A DNA stretch of 64,000 nt from Octopus sinensis (Eukaryota), in NCBI RefSeq assembly GCF_006345805.1, contig NC_043001.1:44950001-45014000 (forward strand), in the 5' to 3' direction. The notes under the pieces are model-generated. The model worked only from the letters and a program-made list of their open reading frames with translations, did not search any database and was not told where the DNA came from. This document shows, piece by piece, positions 11,548 to 23,629 of the stretch. The translations under genes and the position numbers were made by a program. The first letter of the stretch is position 1. Each line of letters begins with the position of its first letter.

Positions 11548-12790
11548 AGAACGGAAAGGCGGCAGGAGTGGACAGCATACCAGGAGGGGCACTGAAGGCA
11601 AAAGGAGAAAAGATGATCGATTACATGCACCATGCGCTGAACTTGGTATAGACGACAGAGAAGATCCCAACCAACTGGAAGAAGGGTCTTTTGGTGAAGC
11701 TGCCGAAGAGTGAGGGTTTATCAGAGTGTGAAAAGTGGAGAGGAATTACCTTGCTTTCCATTCCAAGCAAAGTCCTTACAAGAATCATCCTGGAGCGATT
11801 GAAAGATACCATTGACAAGTAATTCAGAGATGAGCAGGCATGTTTCAGAGAGGAGAGATCATGCACGGACCAGATTGCGACGCTCAGAGTCATTGTGGAG
11901 CAGACAATGGAATGGAAAACGTCACTCTTTGTGTGCTTCGTCGACTTTGAAAAAGCATTTGACACCGTAGACAGGCAGACAATCTGGAACATCTTACGAC
12001 ACTATGGTATGCCAGAGAAGATCGTGGGTATTATTCGATTACTCTACGAGGAGTTTTCTTGCCAGGTCATCCATGCTGGGAGATTGTCGGAGGAATTGAG
12101 GGTCAGCATGGGAGTCAGACAGCGCTGTTTGTTGTCACCGCTCCTGTTCCTCGTCGTGCTGGACTGGGTCACCAGGACGGCCTACGCTACCTCCGGGAAA
12201 GGTATTCAGTGGACACTGATGAACAAGCTAGAGAGCTTAGACTACGCAGATGATCTCGCACTACTGTCACATCGCCTGCAAGGTAAGGTAGACCACCTGA
12301 CAGAAACTTCACGGCGATTGGACATGAGGATCAGCTGGGAAAAGACAAAAGTGCTGCGTATCAACAACAAGCAGGAAGAGCCAATCACAATGGAGGACGT
12401 TAGTGAGTTTGTCTATCTTGGCAGCAAGATCAGCAAATCAGGTGGGTCAGACGAGGACATCACGGCAAGAAGCAAGAAGGCTTGGCAAGCCTTCACTATT
12501 CTTCGGCCGGTATGGAAGTCCACTGCTATCTCAACTTGAACTAAACTCCGCTTATTTGGTTCAAACGTAAAATCTGTGCTTTTGTATGGCTCCAAAACAT
12601 GGAGAGTCACCTGCAGCAATTACAAGAAGATCCAGACCGTCATCAACAAATGTCAGATTAGACGAAGGAAATGGAGATGGATCGAACACACACTGCGGAA
12701 AGAACCCTCAAATGGAACACGACAATCACTTAACTGGAACCCGCAGGGGAAAAGGAAGCGAGGACGCCCGAAGCAGACACGGAAGACACC
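11548..12790 (+). mobile_element. RTE-clade LINE, truncated and disrupted reverse transcriptase
   Basis: WRGITLLSIPSK...EQACFR..RSCTDQI...FVDFEKAFDTVDR...YADD...FVYLGS, with internal stops and frameshifts. It abuts a (TA)n tract. Confidence 0.92.
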
Positions 12791-12965
12791 ACAACACATT
12801 ATTCAATTGGCTTCGTAAAACACGAAAATAACAATGAACATTCTCACAAACAAAATTATGTAAACTTACCTTGAACTATACTGAAAATTAATATCATATG
12901 CTATGTTTGAATTCTATCCTGTTCTAACTTGTAGCCTAAAACCACGTGCTGTGTAATTATTACTG

Positions 12966-13925
12966 TGTAAGAATGACCGTACGAAAGGAGAGGTGACGAA
13001 CGAAAGACTCCTTTAATACACCGCACGGTCGCTTACAATAAAAGCAAAAAGGGATAAATGAGTACGAGTGCCAGAAGGAAAAGAAAGACACATAAAAAGA
13101 CACCGATAGAAGGTTTAAGAGATTTTATTTATGTTAACATGTGTGTATCTGTGTGTTCGTCATAAGTACATATATAATAACAATAGACAGGCCATCATGC
13201 ATACATAATGTGTATGTGTGTACAAACAAGGGTGTATGCATGTGAGATAAAATACAGAGCATGGAAAGAGTCTATAACAGGACGTTAGAAGAATGTTCAC
13301 ACTCAATGATGATAAATACCAGTTCGTAGTAAGGTACACAATAGTTGAAATGCTGTAACAAGAAGTTGTGGCGAAGAAGCAGAGTCGGTTGAAGCATATG
13401 TCATGTGAGAAGTTGTGACTACTATGCCGCTGCCGGTCATTTGATACAGGAAGATCTCGCAGGTTGTAGTTTCTGTTAACCACGGTGAAGTAATTCACAG
13501 TGATGAGATAGAACCTGAACGAATGTTGATAGTTGCTGTGTACGTAGATATGTGGCTGGCGACGTTAAGAAAACTGCTGGACGAAGTGTTGATGTTTCTC
13601 CATGTTGTCGCTGGATGTTGTCCTTGGAACTGGCTGTGCGCTCTGTGGTCAGTGGTTAGACCTTAGAAGGTCTAGAACCAAAGACGAAATACAGTGTTGA
13701 ACACTAGCTTTTTATAGGGACCAGTAGGCTCCAACGGAGATTTAGAAGACTGTGTCATGGGACCTTATCAGAAGGTTGAGATTGGTTGGGTTGCACATTG
13801 GCGCGTAATAGAGCAAGAGACAAACTGCGCCAATACCAACCAATCAGAGTAGTGGACACAATAGGGTCCTAGCGGCCGAAGACTAGCTGTTATCTGCTAC
13901 GTCCGTATTTATGTTATATATAACA
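12966..13925 (-). mobile_element. probable solo LTR
   Basis: TGTTA...TTACA termini. U3-like part has four CCAAT boxes (13781-13844) and TATAAAAAG (13716-13708). AATAAA near 13127. No clear target-site duplication. Confidence 0.55.
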
Positions 13926-13929
13926 GAGA

Positions 13930-13986
<57 letters not shown>

Positions 13987-15262
13987 TTTCACTAAGCATC
14001 TGCTACGACTGCATTATTCTACCAACTAAATCAGAAGATGTGTATTTTTTTAATATATAGAAAATAAAGGGGGAAAATACATACTACCTATTATTGTTGT
14101 TATCTCTACGAACAATTTCTTAATTTCCCACAGATGCTTTTCTTCTTGTAACTCTTGGTGGGGAAGGAATTCTATATACACATTATCGAGTGAAGGAACT
14201 GGTATAAAGAAAACATAATTAATGCTAGAAAAGTTGTTGATATTCCATGGGATATGTAATGGTAAAAGCTGCAAGTTTTCTCAAAAGTTTTTGACCTTGA
14301 ATCTGCCGGTCAAAGCGAAAAGATCCTTTGACTCTGTTCAACAAATCGACAAAACGTATTTTTATTCAAATTGATGGTTGAAATCAGTTTAGCACTAATT
14401 GAGAAGTCCTGTCGTTAGAGACACTTCATCCACGACCATCTCGTCTTTTTCAAATATAGTACATATAAGACTACATTATTATCTGACTCATCTTCTAAAG
14501 ACAGTAATGTATGATTTGAGGGAAATTTAGCAACTACACAGAAGTTCACATTTGAAATGACATTTAACATTAAAATGCTTATTTTTCAATACATTCCATA
14601 AGGTAATGTGTGGAACAGTTGTTCTTTACCTACAAACAAAAATCAAATTTCTTTCAAAGAAGCATGTATTAAAATTAATTACCGCTTTTGGGGGGTGGGG
14701 AACTACTAGTAATTATCACAAGGTTTTTATTTTCTTTCTCCAACTAAGAAAGAAATTTCAATTTAATTTAAAAAAAAATTTTTTTTTTACATAAACATGC
14801 AGTAGATTACTCAAGAACTCATACCATTTGCCTATTTGAATTATTTCCCATCCGAATTTATTTCTTAAAAAATCCTTGGCAACTGATCAAAGTTGACACT
14901 TTTATACTGACGAGGATACAGTAGAACGAAACATGCTCATAATTCTCCCTTATCTGTTCGGATAAGCGTTTCTCCTCTTCTATGCAAGTAAATTAATTTG
15001 AAGAGTTTCTTCTTCTTTCGTTTTGTTGTTGTTGTTGTTTGTGCACAGCATTTTATTAGATAACTCTTTTATTTATTAGTTCATATTCTCGTTGCAGACG
15101 CACGATGAAAGACTTTGATACTTCAACTACAACGGTTTCGTGTTTTACATCAGCGGTAACCAACTTTGGCGAAGTTTCGCATGTCGTAGCTCAGATTTCC
15201 GTCGATTTCCGTAAAAAACTTTTATTTTTTTACATAAGTAATGAGAGCGAAAGAGACTAAGA

Positions 15263-16005
15263 GGAAGCGATTTTATGACGAGAAGGTTTCTCTTTGAAGT
15301 CGGCCTGTGTGTGTTTGATGGGGTGTGGGAGACAGACAGTATGTTGTGTAAGTGAAGTGCTTCTGTTAGTGTGTGCGAAGAGACAGAGAGAGTAATGTGT
15401 GAAAGAGAGAGAGATAACTGATTTTTTACTCGGTCAAATTTGTGTATATGTATGTATGCATGTATGTGTGTGTGTGTGTGTATGTATCTATGTATGTGTG
15501 TGTGTGTAAGTATGTGTGTGTGTATGTATGTATGTATGGCCGATTCATCGTAATTTTTTACTCGGTGTATGTGTATATGTATGTCTGCATGTATGTGTGT
15601 GTGTGTATGTATCTATGTATGTGTGTGTGTGTATGTATGTATGTGTGTATGTATGTATGGTCGATTCAGTGTAATTTTTTACTCGGTGTATGTGTATATG
15701 TATGTCTGCATGTATGTGTGTGTGTGTGTATGTATCTATGTGTGTGTGTGTGTAAGTATGTGTGTGTGTATGTATGTATGTATGTATGTGTGTGTGTGTA
15801 TGTATCTATGTATGTGTGTGTGTATGTATGTATGTATGGCCGATTCATCGTAATTTTTTACTCGGTGTATGTGTATATGTATGTCTGTCTCTTCGCACAC
15901 ACTAACAGAAGCACTTCACTTACACAACATACTGTCTGTCTCCCACACCCCATCAAACACACACAGGCCGACTTCAAAGAGAAACCTTCTCGTAAAATCG
16001 CTTCC
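15263..16005. mobile_element. inverted-repeat-flanked element with an internal tandem array
   Basis: About 125-bp inverted arms (15263-15387 / 15884-16005) enclose 3-4 units of CGATTCATCGTAATTTTTTACTCGGTG plus (TG/TATG)n. Confidence 0.65.
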
Positions 16006-16947
16006 AACCGAAACTATGCCCCAACTTTTTTTACACACACGAACTGGTTCATGCATGTCGATTTTTCCACGGACCAGGAGATCACGCGCAAAATAAAGTA
16101 TAATAAAATGCTAAGTATGTAATGTAATTAATACACATTTATTACATACATAATACAGGCTATCTTTCGGTAGAAATCTATGAAGTATTGAGTGTGAGTA
16201 TCTCATTGCTTCATTTGCTAAGACAGAGCTGAACAGTCAAACACACACTAGCACGTAGTCATGTATGACCGACGTCATATACTAATACCGAATCGTGCAG
16301 AAACACACTGGAAGCTACCACAGTCAATAAAATATGAATACAGATTACTGTATTTCTGTGCGGTCCGGTAGTTGGGGACTCTTGTTTTATATAGTTATCA
16401 TAACTCACTACGTAGCCATCAAGTCAATGGTAAACGAAGAGATAGACAAAATTAAACGAAATGCAGACAGTGATGACTTGTTTCCTTTTTTTTCTTTCTA
16501 ATTATATTAATTGCAAGTCTGGAATTATCAAAGATAATTTACTGACGAGAAACAAGTTCTACCAGAAGAAGGGGAGAAAAAAACCCACCTAAATTTAGAT
16601 TATGTTCCATGAATTACAAAATTTTTCTAACTATATTTGTTAGTCCGATTAGTAACTTGAGTATGAAGCAAAAAACACATTTTCGAGATATGTACACTTA
16701 CTTGAACTCAGTATTGCAGTGAAGGAAGTACCATTTCAAATATTTGCGTCGTAGTCATACATCACCTTAGCTTATAATTTATATTTCAGTGTCCTATGTT
16801 TAATGTGGTGGATATGGATATATAAGGGAAGCAAAGTTCTTATACATTTCATTTATTAGACTATCACTGAAAAAATTAGTAACGTGTCAGCACTAATACA
16901 TAATATTTACTCTATATATATTTTAATTTGTCCCCTTAATCATGTCT

Positions 16948-17018
16948 GCATCGGTGGTTCAGTGGTAGAATGCTCGCCTGCCACGCGGGCGGCCCGGGTT
17001 CGATTCCCGGCCGATGCA
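16948..17018 (+). tRNA. tRNA-Gly-GCC: tRNA-Gly (GCC)
   Basis: 71-nt canonical cloverleaf GCATCGG...CCGATGCA with anticodon loop CTGCCAC, intact A and B boxes, and a T-run terminator at about 17025. Confidence 0.98.
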
Positions 17019-17139
17019 AATGTCTTTTTATTTCACTTTACTTTTAAATGATGATGTAAATATTGTGAATGAGTTCATTGTAACCTTTTAAAACGCATAG
17101 ATGTTTTAGTACACGTTTATTCTACTTAGTTAAATATAT

Positions 17140-17336
17140 TTCTTTACTACCCACAAGGGGCTACACATAGAGGGGACAGACAAAGGGATTAAGTCGATTA
17201 CATCAACCCAGTGCGAAACTGGTACTTTATTTATCGACCCCGAGAGAATGAAAGGCAAAGTAGACCTCGGTGGAATTTGAACTCAGAACGTAACGACAGC
17301 ATTTCGCCCGGCGCGCTAACGTTTCTGCCAGCTCAC
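17140..17336 (-). mobile_element. SINE family 2
   Basis: CCCACAAGGGG...GATGAAAGGCAAAG...GGAATTTGAACTCAGAAC...CTGCCAGCTC. Confidence 0.85.
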
Positions 17337-17763
17337 AATAATTCACCGGTGTTCAGCTCAGTTCTGCTGGCGGATATTTATACTAGTTTTATATCGAAAT
17401 TATCTATCGATCGTCTGTCATTTATGCATAATGAGCTCACCACCTGCAGTTAACAAAAAAGCTAGTCAATTTCAAAGCCAATAAATATTGTTTTAAATTT
17501 GACCTTTCAGGTAGGTTCCTGCCACTTTATATCGATTTTCCAACCAAACTCATATCGACACAGACCACCATTTCTAGTGACCTTCTATATTTGCTATATG
17601 TGTATGTCTGTAGTAAGGTCACGCTACTAATTGTAATTCCAACAAAAACAGCTGAATAAATATATTCACGAAAAACGTGGGAGGAATGGTGTTAAGAATT
17701 TGAATAAGGATCCAATTAACAAGGGACTCAACTCATAAGAAACCAACTTCCTCCTCTCGAAAT

Positions 17764-17991
17764 ATGGCTGTCCAGTGTATTTGCCGATATCCTGGTATCT
17801 TCTTAATTTCGGCAAGACCACTGTTAAACTTTACTCGAACTTTCCTACATAAACGTCAACTGACGAATATGAATTTATCCAAACTTTCCAAGATTTCGTT
17901 GACCAATGGCAAAGCTGGGAAACTGATGCAAACCTACGAAGAATTCATTGGTTTGTCTGATGTGAAAGCAGCACAGAGTAAGGTTATTGAA
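17764..17991 (+). CDS. CCDC51: CCDC51 / MITOK mitochondrial K+ channel pore subunit, coding exon 1
   Basis: Arg/Ser/Leu-rich presequence-like N-terminus, then YEEFIGLSDVKAAQSKVIE (human YEEFVGLNEVREAQGKVTE). Donor GAA|GTGAGT at 17992, phase 0. Confidence 0.92.
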
Positions 17992-18959
17992 GTGAGTCAC
18001 ATAACTTCTGTCCTTTTTTCCGGTTATTACGCACCTTATCAGATAATTAACTAAGTATTCTTCTCGTCTATGAATCGTATGAACAGACAGAAACCAAGTT
18101 AAACTTTTTTCTCGTTTTACTTTCATCTCCATGAAATAATCTATAGAGTTGTCATAACACCTTTTCATTATTCTGCGGTTAAATTCTAAGGAAGTTGACA
18201 TTGTATTTCATTTTTGTTTCTTTTTCGTGTTTAGTCGCCTACACAATAATTGGTTTTGTTCCTTTCTTTCAACAAAGATCTGACATATTACTTAAATTAT
18301 AGTGTTCCTAACTTTGAACTGTTGATTTCTTAAAGTTATCTTTTATTCCGTCTGTATTCACCGCCGGCAGCAGGTTGAGTTACAATTTCACTTCACTACT
18401 CCCACTCGAAATTGTAGTCCTAGATACAATATGACGGGAAGAAAACAACAAAGAACGACGGGAAGGTCTCGGTTGGAATATCTCTGATTGTGGATCCGCA
18501 GGTTTAGGGATGATCCGGAGCTCATCAATATCATGCCAAAGGACACCTCTTAGTGATCTCTACATCTACTAGATATAACAGCCAAATCTTCCACATATCA
18601 CGTCCTATTTTCAATAGGATGATGTAGTCCTCGGTACACCATCTGAATAAAAGAAAAGATGGAACATTGTTGATCATAGGTTTGCAGGGTCAGAACTAAC
18701 CTTGGGCTTTACAACATCAGTGACTATAAATGCTTGTGACTATTATGAAGATTTGTTTTGCTGGCAGTATCAGTTTGGTTAGCTAGAAAAATATTTCTAA
18801 TTCTTCTATGTCCATAAATTGAGAGCATTGAAGACTGAGAGTGGAGTGAAAGCTGGGATTCAAATAAATTATGTACTCATGGCCATTGTTACCTAATTAT
18901 CTTCTGCTAGCCATTTGTCAGTAATCTTCCTCTCTCCCAAACAGTCTGCTTGGCCATGC

Positions 18960-19210
18960 TGTTTGATTTTCCAAGTTAGACCCTGCTTACCATATTCTCT
19001 TCACTGAGAATCCAGCTAGGTTGCTGGCTCATGTTGGTTGAGCACATGCCACATGGTCACGACAGATGAGAAGATATCTCATGGAGAGGGGACTGACTGG
19101 GAATCTGCTTGATGGCTTACCTGGGGGAGACCCAGGAATATATCGACAAATAGTGAATGCAGCAATGCACTACAACAGCGCATGCGCCCACATCCGACTT
19201 GACCTTTTCT
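18960..19210 (+). mobile_element. RTE-like LINE 3' coding remnant in the CCDC51 intron
   Basis: GWLAHV...RQMRRYLMERGL...DPGIYRQIVNAA resembles the end of an RTE ORF. Confidence 0.5.
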
Positions 19211-21049
19211 CAGTCTTATATATATATAATTATTTTCTGTTCACTTTTTATATGGCATGGCTCTAACTGCATCTTACCAGTAATTGCAGTTCCTTGTCAG
19301 CTTGTACACCGAACAACAGAGATAAGCAAATCAACTTTGATAGCATGGTAATTTTGATCTAGTTTTACTACTGGATACCATTCTCATCAACAACCACTTT
19401 ACAGCATAGACTGGAGTGGAGCTAAAGAGGCCTCTACCCTCCACCATTTGTTCATTCCTATACATATCTCAATCATTCCTCACATCTCATCCTTCCAGCA
19501 CTCTTCTGTCTATGGTACTACTTGACTGCAATAATCACTTGAGATCAGAATTAGTACATATTTCATCTCCCCTTTTTGTTTCACCAATTACTTCCTTCCC
19601 TTGGAACCACCTCCTATGATTCACTCTCATCATTTTTCTTTCCTAGTGAACATTACGTCCCATGACTGTGCTCAAAGTTGTGAAATAAAAATAATCCTTA
19701 ACTTGGAAAACAAGTCAAGGTTAGTGGCAGGAAGAGCATCTAGACCTAAAATGCTGTCTTAAATAAGTACCTATCATACCTATGGCAGCCTAGAAAAATG
19801 AACATACAATAAGTGATAGAAGCTGTATCTAATGTCTTTACTCAGTCATAGCATTGTAGGATACCCTGTGAGGCTACAAAAGAATAACTAAACCCTAATG
19901 TAATCATGGTTGTAACATCTGAGTCTGGTGTGTTTTTTAACTTCTTCAGTTTAGGCCTGAGTTTCACTGGATTAATGCCGAGTCAGTTTAGTAGCAACTC
20001 ACATAGGATATCAACTGTTTTTATGCTATTTCTAGTGTTCTGGTTTGTTTGAATGCAGTCTCTAGGTTAAGAGATTTGTGATCAAGTAGCTATTGATGAA
20101 TACAGTTAGAATGTAAAGGTGTTGATGAAGTCATCTCTTAAATAGTCATTCATGCATTTTTCGGCCATTTAAAGTAGAAGGTTACAATGTCTAATGTAAT
20201 ATCTTTTTATTCACATTGTTTTGAATTAATCATTCATTATCTTGTATCATTGAGATTTCAGTGAGGTGATTGTTTATTTTTAGAATGATATTGTAGGTTT
20301 GAACATAAAATAGATAAAATATATGGACCAGATATGGCCAGTTTAAATGCTAAAGGGTAAAAAATTTCAGGCTCTGTAAGTATTGGTCTAAACTTTCACC
20401 AAGGTCCTGTTTCCAATTTGCTAGCAAATATCATAAGGAAATTTCATTTTTGGTTTGACATAAATACTTTGAAGTGTGGCAATAACAGCTTGATGCAGAT
20501 ATATGTTCAAAAATGGCCAGAAAGATATAATTAATTAGTACACTCAGTTTGGTGACCTTCTGATCTTTTGAAGCTCATAAAACACTCTTGTACTAGTGTT
20601 ACTATTTCTGGGCAATGTTGCTGGTATTAGTGCCAAAACAATCCAATTTTAGAATCATGTCCATTGATGTAAGAAAGATTGAAATAGATTTATACTAGAA
20701 CAAAGATAGCTTTAATTTACTTCAAATACAAAATATCTAGTTTAATGCAAAATAGTGAACATGATCGAATATGCAGATATGATTTGAATAATAAGAATCA
20801 TAATATAATGGAATAATATAGTATTAAATTAGTCACTAAAGACAAATAATTTTCCTAATAATAATAATCATATATATATCAGCTCTGGTCAAACCATCTA
20901 ACCCATGCGAGCATGGAAAATGGACATTAAATGATGATGATGATATGTAGACTCACAGAGAGGATGACAAAGGTCAAGACTTTTGGCAGTTTGCTGTGCT
21001 TGAGAAGACATGTCAAGCTAAGTAAAATCATTGTCCTTGCATCTCTTGT

Positions 21050-21255
21050 CAGCTGAGCAGTCCTGCTCTTGAATGTTTTTGTGTGCTGGTACTACACCAA
21101 TAGCACCCATGCTGGTGCTGGATAAAAGTACCCAGTACACTCTATAAAGTGGTTAGCATTAGGAAGGGTATCCAGCCCAGGCAACTCTTCATGCTGTCTA
21201 ACCCATGCCAGCATGGAAAAACAAACGTTAAATGATGAGGATGATGATGATGATA
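21050..21255 (+). mobile_element. RTE 3'-UTR fragment
   Basis: TTAGGAAGGGTATCCAGC...CATGGAAAA...(GAT)n. Confidence 0.65.
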
Positions 21256-21893
21256 TATATATATCACCATGAGTTACATCATCATTTAATGACCACCTTT
21301 CCATGACCCTGACAGAATTTATTGAAGCATATTTTTCTATGGCTGGATGCTCTTCTTGTCACCAACACTCACCTCTTTCAAAGCATTCACAGAATACTAG
21401 AAATGAATGATACTGCTTCTATGACAGTGATAAACATCTACTATCGCATGATATAAAGACAAGGTGACATAATCACACACACATACATATCATCATATAT
21501 ACAGGGTGTTTAAAAAGTTTCTCTGTAGTAAGTATTCTATTGGAAAATAAATATTTATAAGATAGTATAAGACTGATCATAAAATTTTAGTCAGCCTTGG
21601 ACTATAATAAAGACACTTGCCCGAGGTGCCCTGCAGTGGGACTGAATTCAGAACTATGCGGATGAGAACCAAACTTCTTAGGATACAACCATACCTGCAG
21701 CTGTGTGTGTTTTAATAAGAAATAGTGGTACAACAAGGCACCAATTTTTGCTGGAAATAGCAGTCGATAACGATACAATGCTATGTAAAGCTTCACTGAA
21801 ATATATACTGGTAAAGAAGTATGCAGGCAGCAAATTTTAAAAAAGTTTTTATCATACCTCAAAGAAGAACATTGTAAAAATGCACAACCCAGA

Positions 21894-21978
21894 ATGGATA
21901 ATCAAGGACCCGAGTTTCGGACTTTCCAAAATATGGTTGTTATTGTAAATTTGATTAGTCCTCATCAGCTAGATCCAT
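21894..21978 (-). ncRNA. type I hammerhead ribozyme, antisense in the CCDC51 intron
   Basis: CTGATGA, stem II GGAC/GTCC with a 35-nt loop, GAAA, stem III AC-TCGG-GT. Cleavage triplet GUC, predicted cut between 21907 and 21906. Bulged stem I ATGGAT-CTAG / CTTG-ATT-ATCCAT. Confidence 0.82.
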
Positions 21979-22775
21979 CTGTGATGAAATTTTAAAATAT
22001 ATATTTCAGTGAAGCTTTACATAGCATGATATCGTTATCGACTGCTATTTCCAGCAAACATTGGTACCTTGTTGTACCACTATTTCTTATTCTAGCTTTA
22101 CGGTGCTTTATTTGGCTAGAAAGTGATACTATTGTATTGCAATTTTTTAAAATTTATATATATATATATAATATCATCATTATCATTGTTGTTGTTATCA
22201 ATTTATGTCCACTTTCCATGCTGGCATGGGTTGGATGGACTGGAGTAAGTTACATTTACAGTTTGGTTTCTATACCTGATGCTCTTCCTTAAACCACCTA
22301 TTGTGCAGTGTGTATTGGATGCATTTTGTCATGGCACAAGTTCTGGAGACTAAATGGATTATGAATATATGTGTATATATGTGTATGCATGTATATATAT
22401 CAAACAGATGTGTTATAATACTATTCCACAGCCATACCAACAATCCAATAATGCTAATCCACACATGTGTATGTCTGTGTGTGTGCATGTGTGTATGTGT
22501 GTGTATATATATATATATATATGTATATGTATGTATGTATATATGTATGTGTATATATGTATGTATATATGTAAGCGTATATATATATGTATATATGTAT
22601 GTGTATCTGTATGTATATATGTATATGTATATATGTATGTGTATATGTGTGTATATGTATGTATGTATATATATATGTATATTTGTATGTGTATATGTAT
22701 GTATATATATATATGTATGCATGCATATATCTATGTGTGTGTGTGTGTATGTATATATATATATATATATATATA

Positions 22776-23173
22776 GGAGTGACTGTGTGGTAAGTTGCTT
22801 GCTAACCAACTACATGGTTCCGGGTTGAGTCCCATTGCATGGCACCTTGGGCAAGTGTCTTCTGCTATAGCCTTGGGCTGACCAAAGCCTTGTGAGTGGA
22901 TTTGGTAGACGGAAACTGAAAGAAGCCTGTCATATATATGTATATATATATGTGTGTTTGTGTGTATGTGTTTGTGTGGCTGTGTTTGTCCCCCTCCCCC
23001 AACATTGCTTGACAACTGATGCTGGTGTGTTTATATCCCTGTAACTTAGCATTTCAGCAAAAGAGACCGAAATAATAAGTACTAGGCTTACAAAGAAGCC
23101 TGGGGCTGATTTGCTCGACTAAAGGCAGTGCTCCAGCATGGCTGCAGTCAAATATCTGAAACAAGTAAAAGAG
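22776..23173 (+). mobile_element. tRNA-derived SINE family 1
   Basis: GGAGTGRCTGTGTGGTAAG...GGTTCCGGGTTSAGTCCC head, internal microsatellite, TGAAACAAGTAAAAGAG tail. Many copies in the window. Confidence 0.88.
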
Positions 23174-23222
23174 TATATATATGTATCTATGTATGTATCT
23201 ATATATGTTTACATATGTATCT

Positions 23223-23269
<47 letters not shown>

Positions 23270-23629
23270 AAACACGCACACACACATATAAACCACTGTT
23301 AATTGATCACACCAAGCTTGGAGAAATGTTTATACTGGTGCGGTCCAATATGACCAAAACATGTCTATAGCAGATCAAATTTTTCCCAAAGCATGTAAAT
23401 TAGGTTTTGGAATTATATTCCCGTTTTTTGAAGGTATTAATAATTACTGCTAGGTTTTGGCTTTCTTTCTCCAATTAAGAAGAGAATTTTTATCACCCTT
23501 TTAATATAATTCATGCTATTGGTCCACCTAAGTTGTTTCATTATTTCATTAATTTTTTTAATTATGCTTGCAAAATGTTGTCAATAAGCGTAACCCTATC
23601 ATGCATATATATATTTATCTCTCTTACAG

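Noticed and set aside
14050-14480. Coding-like fragments on the minus strand
   Set aside because: Multiple stops and no recognisable motif; an element family could not be assigned.
14907-14940. CTGACGAG...CGAAACATGCTC hammerhead-like string
   Set aside because: Stem II has only one pair, and stems I and III do not form. At best it is a heavily decayed copy.
15417-15870. Repeat-spacer-like array resembling CRISPR
   Set aside because: The spacers are microsatellite, the DNA is eukaryotic and there are no cas genes.
16542-16553. CTGACGAGAAA
   Set aside because: No stem II between the core halves; chance match.
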